Both the position numbers and the translations under genes were made by a program. Shown piece after piece: positions 1-12,109 of a stretch of 64,000 bases of DNA; within the stretch, counting starts at the first letter, position 1; every line of letters begins with the position of its first letter. Where the stretch lies: NCBI RefSeq assembly GCF_030028105.1, contig NC_092371.1, positions 97,119,064 to 97,183,063 on the forward strand. Reading direction: 5' to 3'. Source of the stretch: Mobula birostris (taxonomy: Eukaryota). Under the pieces are notes generated by a model. It saw nothing but the letters and a program-made list of their open reading frames with translations, did not search any database and was not told the origin of the DNA.

Positions 1-88
1 GACTTTTTGCTGCAACCTCTCTACCTTTTCCAGCTCGAACCGTCTCTGCTTGACTGCCACGTGATCCTCACGTTGCCATTTCTCCCTT

Positions 89-346
89 TCAAACTGTCTC
101 TGTTTTTCTTCCTCTTGAGTCCGTTTTGCTGCCTCTGCTCCCTGTTTTGCTGCTTCTTCTCTCTGCTTTGCCTCTAGCCTCTCTCTTGAGCTGTTTTAAT
201 TTCAATTCATGCTGTCTTTGCTCTTCCTTTAATTTTTCCAACAGGAGCTGAAGCTGATCTTCAATACTAACATCCATTTCTGCTGTATTTCCACACAACC
301 AACTCAAAAGGGTATTTCCCCCAATCAACTCATACAAGCCTCCCAA
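89..346 (-). mobile_element. Gypsy-type gag N-terminal fragment (element continues beyond the left edge)
   Basis: Charged coiled-coil ORF (EEQRQHELKLKQLKRE) directly downstream of a PBS and LTR on the minus strand. Confidence 0.6.
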
Positions 347-354
347 CCAATTTG

Positions 355-377
355 TTCATATCCCGGACGAGCCTCCA
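355..377 (-). other. Primer-binding site complementary to the tRNA-Pro 3' end
   Basis: Minus strand TGGAGGCTCGTCCGGGATATGAA vs the tRNA-Pro complement TGGGGGCTCGTCCGGGATTTGAA (2 mismatches), 4 nt from the LTR end. Confidence 0.85.
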
Positions 378-381
378 ATTT

Positions 382-1362
382 TGTCACGAACTTCATGACG
401 GGAATAAAGAACCAGCAGAGATGGAAAACACTTTGGAGTCCAGTATTGCTATAAACTAATAATATTTATTAGTAACTACGCAATACAGTAATATAAATGT
501 AGATAAATCAAGCAGGTTAGCAATGATTATATACATAAGTGAGTATATCAGTAAGTGTGGAAATATATGTATGAAAAACCAAGCTTCCAAGCCTAGGGGT
601 AAAAAGATACAGTCTTACGATGATGAGTAACGTTCAGTTTAGTTCGGTTCGTGGTATTGAGTTGTGAAGTGACGGAGAGAGAGAGAGGGAGAGGTTTGAG
701 TTTTCAGGTGAGCCGACGCCGTCGATCTTCTCGTTGTCCTTTGAAATCCTTTAACAATCACCGACTGTGACTTTAACAAAGGGAACCGGTTTTCTGTGGT
801 GGAGCTATCCGCCAGGCGAGGGTGGATACATGGACAACTCTCCAGCAGTCAACCCTTTTCCTCCTTTCCACTGCAAGAGCGACGGATCGATCCGCCTGAT
901 CGATGCTCCAAAACCAACTATTCCTGCGGGCAAAATAATGCTCATTCAGTGTCCAGAACATGTGTCTGAGGTCTATCATCTGATCTCCTATTTTATCTTC
1001 CCGTGCTGAGCATCAACTGTCATTCAAATAATCCTTCCTGCATCTCTCTGTGAAGAAATGCACAAGCAGGCAAAAGTCCTTGAAGAAGTATCCACAACCT
1101 GCCGAAAATCATAACATCAGTTGTCCATTTAATAACGCCCTCGGTCACCATAGCAACTTATGAGCTGCTCGGTGCTATCTCCACTTCAGCAGAAATCCAA
1201 CAGTTGACCAGTTCTTTCTCGTTCCTTAAAGTGATAGTCCAACAGTTAGTCTTCGTCTCTCTCCCTCTCTTTCAAAAGAAAATGTCGGTGGTAAATAACT
1301 CTCTCTCTCTCTCTCGCTTTTCAAAAGCACAGTGAATAGGGGCCATTCAGGACCCCGTCACA
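382..1362 (-). mobile_element. 5' LTR of a Gypsy-type retrotransposon
   Basis: TGTCACG...CGTCACA termini, adjacent PBS, and clear similarity to the solo LTR at 47634-48579. Confidence 0.85.
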
Positions 1363-1419
1363 GAGGGAAGAGATTGTTCCCTCTTGGCGACGATCTTGCA
1401 TTCTGACTAGCCACAGGAG

Positions 1420-3300
1420 GATTGCTAGAAAATCGGAAGGTCTCAAATGTTATTACTTTGTTGAAGAAAGGGAATAGGGATATTCCTAGGAATTATAGAC
1501 CAATGATTTGCCTGTCAGTTGTGGGCAAAATTTTGACAATGATTCTTAGATTCAGGAGGAGCATAGTCTGATTCCATATATTAGCAAGGCTTTGTAAGGG
1601 GCACGTCCTAGCTCACGAGACTGATTGCCTTTTTCAAGAAAGTGACAAAACAAATCGATGAAGGTAGAGCAGTGGATGTGGTGTCCATGGATCTTGGTAG
1701 GGCGTTCCTATATTGTGTGCAGTTCTGGACACGTACCTACCTTCTGGAAAGATATTAATAAAGTTAAAAGAGTACCGATAAAATTTACAAGGAACTTGAG
1801 GCCGAAGTCACAGGGAAAAGCTGAAGAGGTTAGCACTTTTTTCCCCTGGAGCATGGGCGAATGAGGGGAGATTTGACAGATGTATACAAAATTATAAGGG
1901 GAATAAACTGTGTAAATTCAAGCAGGCTTTTTCTACTGAGGTTGGGTGAGACTAGAATGAAGTCGCCAGTGGAAGTGGTGGATGCGGTTTCGATTTCAAT
2001 ATTTAAAAGAAGATTGTATGAGAATATGGATCGGAGGGGTATGGAAGTCTGTGGTCTATGTGCAAGTCTCTGGGATGGATGACACAAGGTTGTTGGTGTG
2101 GTTGGGTATAGATGGTCGTAGTTTACAATGGGACATTGATGGGACACGTAGCTGGGCTGAGAAGGGGCAGATGGATTTCAGTCTGGCAAAATGTGAAGTG
2201 ATGCACTTTGAAAGTTCGAAATCGAAGACAAAGTACAAGGTAACAGGGAAGATTCTTCGCAGCATCGAGGAACAGACGGATCTTGGGATCCACATCCATA
2301 GATCCCTCAAAAATTGCAGCACAAGTTAATAGGATTGTTAAGAAGGCATATGACCTTCATTAGTCAGGTGATTGAATTCAGGGGCCACCAGGTAATGTTG
2401 CACTTCTATAAAATTCTGGTTAGACTACACTTGCATTATTGTGTTTGATTCTGGTCATTATAGGAAGGATGTGCAAGCTGCAGAGAGGGTTTAGATGAGG
2501 TTGGACCTGCTAGAGGCAGGAAGCATGTTTCTGATGTTGGGGCGGTCCAGACCAGAGGCCACAGTTTAAGAATAAGGTGTAGACCGTTTAGAACAGAGTT
2601 CAGGAAAAAACTTTTTCACACAGAGGGTTGTGGATCTATGGAATGCTCTGCCACAGAAGGCAGTAGAGGCCAATTCTCTGGATGCTTTCAAGAAAGAGTT
2701 AGATAGATGGAGGTCTTAATGATAGCGGAGTCAAGGGATATGGGGAGAAGGCAGGAACGGGGTACTACTGATTGTGGATGATGCTGATCACAGTGAATGG
2801 CGGTGCTGGCTCGAAGGGCCGAATGGCCTACTCTTGCACCTATTGGCTATTGTCTATTGTCTATTGAGATTTACCATGATGCCGCTCTGATTAGAGAATA
2901 TGTTTTATCAGTATAGGTTGAGCGAGCTAGGGCTTTTTTCTTGAGATGAAGGAGATTGAAAGACGACCTGACAGGGCTGCATAGGATAAGATGCATAGAT
3001 AGAATGGATAGCCAGTGCCTTTTCTCTAGGGCGGTATTGGCTGATACGAGAAGGCATGATTGGACGAAAGTATAGAAGGACGACAGAGGTAAGTTCTTTA
3101 CACAGAGAGTGCTGTGTTCTGGAATGCCTTGTCAGGTGTGGTGGTAGAGGCAAATATATTAGGGACATTTAAGAAACTCTTAGGCCAATGGATGAAAGAA
3201 AAACGGAGGGCTATGTGGGAGGGAATGGTTACATTGATCTTTGATTAGGTTAAAAGGTGGGCACAACATCATGGGCCAAAAGGCCTGTGCTATGTTTTAA
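1420..3300 (+). mobile_element. Mosaic of degenerate CR1-clade LINE fragments, including a younger nested 3' fragment at about 2500-2865
   Basis: CR1 RT-region peptides (KCEVMHF, DLGIHIHRSLK). The nested piece ends in (CTATTGT)n and is absent from the paralogous site near 14460. Confidence 0.75.
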
Positions 3301-4971
3301 CGTTTCTGCATTCTCTTTCCTACAATACTAACTACGTCCATTCACCAATTTTCTGTTTAAATCACATCTCCATTACGCGGGCATCTAAATTTGTGAGCTG
3401 ACCCACAGCTTGAAATGTATTGTTAATGAAAATATTCCTGTCATCCATCCCGAACATTTATTTTTGGACCGGCTGTCATTTATCTAAGCATAAGATAAAT
3501 GGCTTCCATTCCAATAAATAACTTAAAAGATAACTTTCAGGAGGATGAGAATACGGATTGTAGTCACGTCTTTCTAATTGGTTATACAAGTTGCTTTATC
3601 TCGAGAAGAAAAGATTATGAAAATGTCAACATTTCTCGATATTGTTACTGGGAGAATTCAATCCACCCGCACAAGCTGCATTTGCATTCCCCAGCTATTC
3701 CACTTTGCGTCTCTCCAAGTGTCCAGCAATGGAATTGGAACTTTCGGCACTCTTTGAATTTGCCAGACGCAGAATTCCAGAGCTCCAATGGGGTTGGTGA
3801 AGATAGAAGAAAAAAAGGAAGGGATAGATACATTACATTTTATCCGTTCGTGTTTCTTTTCTTTTTAAATTGTTTAAGTATTTAATTAATGTTTAATTTT
3901 GTAACTGTTAAGGATATTGAAGAATTTTAAGCATGTCTGAATAACAGAAAAATTCTAAAATGTTAAATAAATGTTTCTAAAATTTGATAGTTTGAAGTGA
4001 GCCATGCCCTTTGACAAAATCTTCAAGTGCAGTTCAATGGGCGACCCGTATTTTGGTCATTTTATCGACTTATCACAAAACCGAAAATTTTGCCAGACAA
4101 ACTACAATTGTGCACCTGCCGTGCAGTAATTCAAATGCTCCCCCACCCCCGCTCATAGTCGTTGTGGCGCGAAACTGCAATTGTCTTTTGCATAATATTA
4201 CTTTGAAGTGCCGCTCAGGTTTCAAGCCCTGTAAGAATTTCCTGCTCAAAAGAATGGTTGGTCCATGCAGCTGTGAAAAAAAAACAGACCCCCCCTATAG
4301 TCAGAGAAGGCAGTATCAGCGGTTTGCAGTCCAGAGCGACTGGTGAAAATTTCGTGAATGTATTTTCCCAGTTTCAATAAACCGTGTATGGATTTCAATA
4401 ATTAATTACAAACTTGCTATTACTAATCTTCTCTTATCGAGATAAAAGCACTTGTAAAATCAATTAAAAAGACGTGATTACAATCCGTATTCTCATCCTG
4501 CTGAAACTTATCTGTTAAGTTATTTATTGGAATGGAAGCCATTTATCTTATGGTTACGATATGGTTTTCTCAGACCTACCTACTATGGCCACGGTGTTCT
4601 ACATTTCATACTTAATCTATCATTATATAAACTTTACAAACTGATGTACAAATATCGCTTGCGCTTCACTGTTGTGAAGCCCGAAATAGCATTAGATAAT
4701 CAACCACCGTCAGATTGTATTTACTACATCTGGTTTGGACTATCATTTGCAATGTTTAAGATGTTTGAAACACGCGTTGTTATGTACCGTAAGCCGAAAT
4801 CACCTCGAATGAAACCTGTAGTTCTGAAGGACGCGAGCAAAAATATCATTGGTGCGAACTCTAATAAGTGCTGTTGTCCTCTGCTCCGCTGTTAATTACA
4901 ATTCTTCGGTATCCTTGAATATGAACAGCTGGAGGAAAACCATTTCCCATGAATAATGGAATTCTAACGTT

Positions 4972-5071
4972 GGTTCTGATGAAGAGTTTCGGTCCGAAAC
5001 TTCGACTGTTTACTCTTTTCTATAGACGCGGCCTGGCCTTTTGAATTCCTCCAGCATTTTGATTGTGTTAC
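4972..5071 (+). mobile_element. Short Penelope-like pLTR fragment with a degenerate hammerhead motif
   Basis: CTGATGAAGAGTTTCGGTCCGAAACTTCGACTG..., similar to 49538-49630; not present in units B-D. Confidence 0.6.
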
Positions 5072-5537
5072 TAAAATTGGCAATCGATTATGCCCACGAT
5101 GTTGAAATAAAGGATTGTTTCAATACGTATGTAAATTTCTCTGACAATTAATTGCACCACATGTACTGGTTGTAGCCATAGTGATTACAGTTTCTTCAAG
5201 TGAAAAATCTACTCAATAACTGACCCAACGTTAAGACGACGTGGTCTACTTTATTTCACCGAATGCCAATGTTTGATCATCATCACGACTGTTCGTGCAC
5301 ATCTTTGAAAACTAATGTATTGTCAGTCACATTGGGTAAGATAAAAAACTCCACCGTAGATTTTAGTTACCTTGGGACAAAGTTACTTTAGAATAAATGC
5401 AGTTTAAGAATAACCAGCAGGACGCAATGCATATTTTCTCCCGATTGGAAAATATGTTAGCTACAATCGAATATTTAATATCTGTACGTGACATTCATTT
5501 GTTTTATTTTAAAGAATCAGCGTATAAACATATTGTG

Positions 5538-5860
5538 TTACATACAGCTAGATCGCGCGATGTTTGTTTGAAATGGGGTTGCCTGAGACTCGTGTTTAAC
5601 CACGCAGGAGTAATGCTCGTGTGAGTTCCAGTCTGAGGCTGGCAGAGTCAGGTAACTGCTCGCACTGAACGTGTTGTCCTTGTCCTGCTGGATCCGGCTG
5701 GTCTCAACGCCATTCCTTCTCGTACTGCCGTCCACCATCCACTCGATATTCACAGCAGCCGGATTAAACCCGCTCACCAAACACACCAGGGTGGCCGTGC
5801 CCTGTCCCTGAATTTCCTCCGCAGACGGTCGGAGGACGGATACGGCGGGTTTTCGCGGAT
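5538..5860 (-). CDS. IGLC: Ig light-chain constant exon, unit A: intact but orphan (no VJ upstream)
   Basis: TTACAG|AT acceptor at 5861/5860. PRKPAVSVLRPS...TATLVCLVSGF...W...YSCVVKH...SSCM* has both Ig cysteines, the Trp and a penultimate Cys. AATAAA at 5503-5508. Confidence 0.9.
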
Positions 5861-6109
5861 CTGTAAATCGAAAGAAGTGCAGGGAGATGAATTTGTAATT
5901 ATTGTAAATTGGAATCAAGCTTTGCCTTTTTCAGCGATTTTACAACAACTCCTAAGAACCCTTACACTACTAAATCTCTTTGATCTTTAACAAAGGCGTA
6001 AAACCCAATGCACGTTATGAACATTAGGCATCGCTACAAAGTAAAGAGAAGGATGTTTTCCCCACAATAACAAACTTCAAGCCTATAAAAATAACACATT
6101 TCGAAGGAA

Positions 6110-6395
6110 ATGTTTGTTCACTTCTGTCAGGAATAAAGTACAAACGCCAAACTCAGCGACTCAGGAACAGCTTCTTCTCTGCCATCCGATTTCCAAATGG
6201 ACGTACACTACCTCACTTTTTTATTATTTCTGGTTTTACACTATTTGTAATTTAACGATTTAATATATATGTATATACTTACAGTAATTGATTGATTTAT
6301 TTTAGTTTTTAGATACGTATCATTGTGCAGTTGCCGCTATGTTAACAAATTTCACGACATTTACCGATGATATATTAAACCTGATTGTGAGACTG
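6110..6395 (+). mobile_element. Rex1/L2-type retroposon 3' tail in the unit A J-C intron
   Basis: CAGGAACAGCTTCTT...GCCATCCGATT...TTAACAAATTTCACGAC...TTAAACCTGATT tail; absent from the other units. Confidence 0.55.
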
Positions 6396-8089
6396 AATTG
6401 GCAATCGTACAGGCTTCTGGACAATCAGCGCGTCATTATAGTGATCGCACCTCAGAACTACTGCTTCAAGTGGCACTGAAATCATGAAAGCCGAGAAACC
6501 ATAAACATTAGTGCTTAATTTCCTAGCAAACATTTTGATATTTAATCAAAATATACATATATCGAGATTGCTGAAGAGAGTTCGCCCGAATCTTCTATCG
6601 CTTTAAGTCACAAGTCACACATGCATTGATAAACCTGGAATAGTTTAGCCTTGAAAATCAATGAAAATAATATTACTATTAAGCTGTTTTGTTCAACTGT
6701 GAAATTTGGTGTCAGAAGTTGAGCCAGTTGTTCTAATGCCGAGGTAGAATGTAAGGTACAGGTCAAAACAGTAGCAGGTTTCCAGTTTAGGTTAAGGACA
6801 TGTCGCCATTCCGAGGAACGGCCGGCCGATCATAACTTTGCCTTGCATTGATTAAATTCAATATGAAAATGCTAATGCGCATTATCATGAAATGTGAGTC
6901 ACGAAATCGAATTAGTCCAGCATCACTCAGTGATCAAGAGAAATTTCTGGGACGCAATTACTTGGAATTAAGTATACCCCAGTGTATATCATTGATAATC
7001 CAAGCCAGAGCCGAGAGCTCTGCCGTTTTTCATGAAATAACCTTTAAAGTAAAATAAGATATACTTCATATATCTCGTGATAACCCGATCCGATCTGATA
7101 TAACCATACTATAGTTAATATCGCGACAGATTATTGGCATGTTCCAGAATCGTAAATACATGAATCATAGAACCAATAACAATCCACCCCCAAAGCGAGT
7201 GGCAAAACTCTGACATATAGACACTACCATTCACGTGAAAAGAAAGGAATGTGGCAATGGATTTGATTAGTGTACTGTCTCTCTGTCTCTGCACAGAGAG
7301 GCAACAATTCGCCGTAGTAAACGGGGAATTGTGAACGGCTAAGAAATCATGTAATATTTTAACGAGAATTACATAATGCCCGTTAAGTTTTTATACTTGG
7401 GGTTTTAGTCTTTAGTCCCACGACTAAATTCGAATGGATTTCTTTGGACTGGGGTAATACACACTGAAAGAAAACCCAATAATCACTCTCACAGGTCTAT
7501 AGAATTCAGAAAAAAAGTGGATTCCTGAGTCACAGGACTTATAATGATTTTTTTCTCATTAATTTGAAAAGTTGACCCATTCACACAATAAGGTATCAAG
7601 ACTACAGAACAGAATTTGCAAAGAGATCGTGTTCAGGACCATCTGCAAGGAAAACGATGCATAAGGCAGAAAAGCTGAAGAATGGGTTCCAGGGTTCAGG
7701 GTTGTTATCCAAGCTAACGTCATTGTACAGAAATGATCAGGAATCTAAAAATTAGAAGCAGGCAAATACTTGGTGGCCTGCAGGACTGGAGAATTTCGAA
7801 ATGGAATAAAAGGTGGGCCGAGTGACAATTTGGTATCACAGGTGAGACATTTACACTGAGACGTCGCAGAACGTCAACCACACCGGTGAGGCCGTGGTGG
7901 ATCCTGGCGTGGCGTCCTGCGTGTCGTTATGCGGAAGACGACTTGGGTAGAAATTAGAACAGGGACAGCAGAAACTTGGTGACTTCAGGTTAATAGATAT
8001 AGAACGAAAGAAGCTAAAGTAAACGTGAAAACGATCACGTTGAGCAAGCCAGATGGAAATGAAGCATAAGTGAAAGTTGTCGCTGTACT

Positions 8090-9006
8090 AAGGAGTAATG
8101 ATCTTTCAATAATCACGAGATACTGGAATGGGTCCAGAGGACCGGAACATCGCAAATATTACTCCACTCTCTAAGAAGAAAGGGAGGCAAAATGCAGGAA
8201 ATTATGGGCCAGTTAGCCTGACGTCAGGTGTTGCCAAGATGCTAAAAGCCATTAGCAAGAACGAAATTTTGAGGTACTCGAAGGCACACGATAAAATAAG
8301 CCGAGGTCAGCATAGCTCCCTTAACGGGAAAACAAGGCTGACAAATCTACTGAGATTCCTTGAGATAGTAACAGGCAGGGCAGACAAATAAGAGTCAATG
8401 ATGTTGCTTACTTGCATTTTCAGAGGACCTTTGAGAAGGCGTCACACATAAGGTGGCTTTACGGGATAAGAGCCCATGGTATTACATCAACGATACAAGC
8501 ATGCATAGAGTACTGGTTGATTGGCAGGAGCAAAGCTAAAGATAATGGGGCCCTTTTCTGGCTGGCTGCCGGTGACGCGTGGTTTTCACATGGATCGGTG
8601 TTGGGTCTGCTACGTTTCATGCTAAATGTTTATTATCCGGATGACGGGATAGATGGCTTTGTGTTTGCATTTGATGCAAAGATAGATGGACGGGCAGGCA
8701 GTATCGAGGCAGAAAGAATCCCCAGAATGGTCGTGACGGTTAAGGGGAATTGACAAAGAAGTGGCAGACGGAATTTAGTGTAGGAAATTGTATGGTCATG
8801 CATATCGGCAGAAGGGATAAAGGTGTAGACATCTTTCTAAATAGGGACCGAATTAAGAGGTCAGAGGTGCAAAGGGATTTGGGAATCCTCGTGCAGGCTT
8901 CTCTAAAGGTTAATTTGCAGGTTGAGTCGGTGGTGAGGAAGACAAATGCAATGTTTGCATTCATTTCCAGAGAAGTAGAATATAAAAGCAAGGATGTAAT
9001 GCTGAG
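8090..9006 (+). mobile_element. Degenerate CR1 RT fragment in the J-C intron (paralogues at 17875-19430, 43890-45420, 58390-59860)
   Basis: GNYGPVSLTS, FDAKIDG (FADD relic) and LGILVQASLK motifs; truncated at 9006. Confidence 0.75.
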
Positions 9007-11769
9007 AAAGCATCGACTCTGAAAGAGGTCTTGGACAGAAGGTAGGGAGACCCCAATAACCTTCTCTGCTCCCCTAACCACCCTCTGCGAGGCTTTTTTG
9101 TCGACAGCACTGCAGCTGGAGTACCAGGTTGTGATGCAAAAGGTCAGCACACCCTCAACCACGCCTCTGTAGAATGTAGTTAAGATGTTAGTGGGGAGTG
9201 ATGCTTGTTTAAGCTTCCTCAGAAAGTGCAATCTCTGCTGGGCCCGTTTCACAATCCCAGTAGTGTTCCTGGACCAGGTCAGATTGTACGAGATCTGCAC
9301 CCCAAGGAACTTGATGTTTTCCACTCTCTCCACTGTGGAGCCGCTGATGCTGAGGGGTGTATGCTCAGGGTGAGACCGTCTGAAATTGACGATCATCTCC
9401 TTGTTTTTGGTGACATTAAGCATTAAGTTGCTATCACTGCAGCAGTTCTCTAGATGTTTGACTTCTTCCCTGTATATTGTTTCATCACTTTTGCTGATGA
9501 GCCCCACCACTATAGTATCATCAGCAAATTTAATGATCAGGTTCTCCTTGAATCTTGCTGCACAGTCATGTGTTAGCAGTGTAAACCGCAATGGGCTAAG
9601 CACACAGCCTCATGGGGATCCAGTGCTCAGCGTGATGGAGTCAGAGATGTTCCTGCCAACATGGACTGACTGTGGTCTCCCTGTCAAGAAATCCAGAATC
9701 CAGCGACACATGGCCGTGTTAAGGCCAAGCAGCGACAGTTTCTCCACTAGTCTCTGCGGGATAATGGTATTGAACGCTGAACTGAAATCAATGTACAGGA
9801 TTCTGGCATAAGTGTCTTTGTTGTCCAAGTGAGAGAGAACTGTGTGCAGTGTGGTGAATATTGCCTCCTCCGTAGAACGATTTGGACGATAAGCAAAATG
9901 TAGAGGATCCAGCGATGAGGGGAGGCTGGCTGTGATATGAGGCTTGACAAACCATTCAAAACATTTCATCACTCTGGGGGCCAGCGCAACGGGAGGGTAA
10001 TCATTCAGACAGGCTACAACTGATTTCTTTGCTCTAGGGATGATTGTGGAGGTTTTGAAGCATCTGGGGACAATGGCTTGACGAAGGGAGATGTTGATAA
10101 TGTCTGCACATCAGCGCATTCCTTGAGCACACGTCCAGGGATGTTGTCGGGACCTCCCGCTTTTCGTGGGTTGACCCTGGCAGGGGTCCTCCTTGTTTGC
10201 TCTGGATCAATAATTGGAGCCGGTTGGTCGGATGGTAAAAAGGGACTGGATCTCCCCCTTGCTGTAGTGTTCGATGCTTCGAAGCGTGCAAAGAAATTGT
10301 TAAGCCTGTCTGGAAGAGAGGCGTCGCTGTCATCAGTTTTCTGCCTGATCTTGTAGTCTGTCAGAGCTTTAATTCCCTGCCACATCCGTCTGGCGTCACC
10401 TGTGTCACAGAAGTGTCCATGTATTTTGCCCGCGTAGGCCCTTTCTCTTTCCTGATCCCTAGTGAAAGCGCAGACCTGGCTGAGCGAAGCGCACTCCTGT
10501 CCCCCGATCTGTAGGCTGTGTCACGGGCCTTCAATAGTGAACGCACCTCTGTTGTCATCCATGGCTTTTTATAACCACGTGCGGTGAAGGTTTTCATCAT
10601 AGTGACATCCTCCGTGCATTTGGCTGTGTAGCTGATTATAGCCTCCGCATACTCCTCAATGTCTGTATGGCCGTCATAGGAGGCTGCTGTTTTGAATATC
10701 TCCCAGTCTGTGAGCAAAAAAAGTCTTGTAGTGCTGAGGCTGCTCCTTTTGGACAGACCCTTATCTCCCTTTTCTCTGCTCTCACACGTTTAAACAGTGG
10801 TTTATATGCTGGTGTTAACATGAAAGATATGTAGTCAGAGTGGCCAAGATGGGGGCGGGGGGCTGCTTTGTATGCCTGTGGTGTGTTGGTATAAACCAAG
10901 TCCAGTGTGTTGTCTTCCCTCGCTTTGAAATCCACATATTGCCGGAATTTGGGGAACACAGTCTTTCAGCTGGTGTGGTTAAAGTCCCCAGCAATCACCA
11001 CGAAGCTGTCAGGATTTGTAGTCAGTAGCTCACTGATGGCTTCATGTAGCCCTCCCAGTGCTTCGTTAGCATTAGCCTTAGCATTGGCACTGGGAGCTAC
11101 GTAAACAGCTGCCACAAGCATGATGGTGAATTCCCTCGGCAGTTAGAACGGCCGGCATTTCACAATGAGAAATTCATCCAGCGGTGAGCAGCCTTTAGCA
11201 GCTACTGTAGCGTTCACACATCAGTCTTTGTTTAAATAAACACACAGACCTCCTGCTCGGCTCTTACCGGAGCTAGCTGCTCTTTGTCGGCACGAAACGA
11301 TGTCATTCCCTCGAGCTGTATCGCCGCGTCCGGTATGTTGTCATGGAGCCAGGATTCCATTAAGACATACACACAGCAGTCTTTAAATTCCTTGCGTGTT
11401 TCTCTCAGCAGACGCAGCTCATCCAGCCTGTTGTCGATGGAGAGCAGGAGGGGCAGCACCGCTGGCCTGGTGGGGATAGCTTTTAGCCTAGCATGGATGC
11501 CGGCCCTCTTACCCCTCCTCTGTCTTCTCTCACAGTGCTTTCGCTTCCTCCTTCCTCGGGAAGCAGCCGGCTTGGTAGCGGATAGTAGTCTGTAGCGGCG
11601 TAAACTGTCCATGTCACACCAGAACTCGGCAGTTTTTCCGACATAGTATGCCCTGATGTTAACGAGCATATTCCGACTGCATTGTTATGCGTCTAGGACA
11701 AACAGAACAAACACTAGAGACACTTATCACTCCCCGAGGGGCCGCTGCGTCCATGCGCGCCGCCATCTT
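9007..11769 (-). mobile_element. Rex1/Babar-clade non-LTR retrotransposon, 5'-complete, 3'-truncated, frameshifted
   Basis: APE start (DNRLDEL...CVYVLMESWL), then [22 protein letters not shown]-like [24 protein letters not shown] and KFADDTIVVGLIS. The 5' end reads AAGATGGCGGCGC; the ORF runs into CR1 sequence at about 9007. Confidence 0.85.
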
Positions 11770-12109
11770 AAAACAGCTAAAACGTAGAAACACTGCGCTA
11801 TCCAAGACTCTTAATCAAACCACGGCCTATGTCTCTATGAACCAACTAGCGCGCACCAGTGTGTCACGTGTGAGTACGTTGTTCAAAAAAAAATATTGCT
11901 CCCATGGTTTATAATTTATTTTATATTGGGCGAGGAAATCGTCCAAGACTCGAAAAGCGTTTAATCTGCTCGAGGAAAAGAACAACCTTGCACCATGAGG
12001 TAAAAAACAATAATAACATGTATGTGCATTTTCATTCTTGGAGGAAACGATCTTATTCCCGATCCAAAATATAATCCAAAACATGGTCGTCATAAAGGCA
12101 GGAAAAGCT

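Larger units (their letters stand above)
1363..9006 (-). repeat. Segmental duplication unit A (3' flank, C exon, truncated J-C intron)
   Basis: Collinear similarity to 13250-18840, 36500-44830 and 50860-59340. Boundaries approximate. Confidence 0.8.

Noticed and set aside
4976-5007. Second functional hammerhead
   Set aside because: The ACGT palindrome is mutated to ACTT, stem II is mispaired and the 5' arm of helix I is missing.
5538-5860. C exons as TCR, IgH/IgNAR or MHC domains
   Set aside because: Single C1 domain ending in a penultimate Cys with stop and polyA signal, no transmembrane exon, and linked V exons with a light-chain FGXG J and no D.
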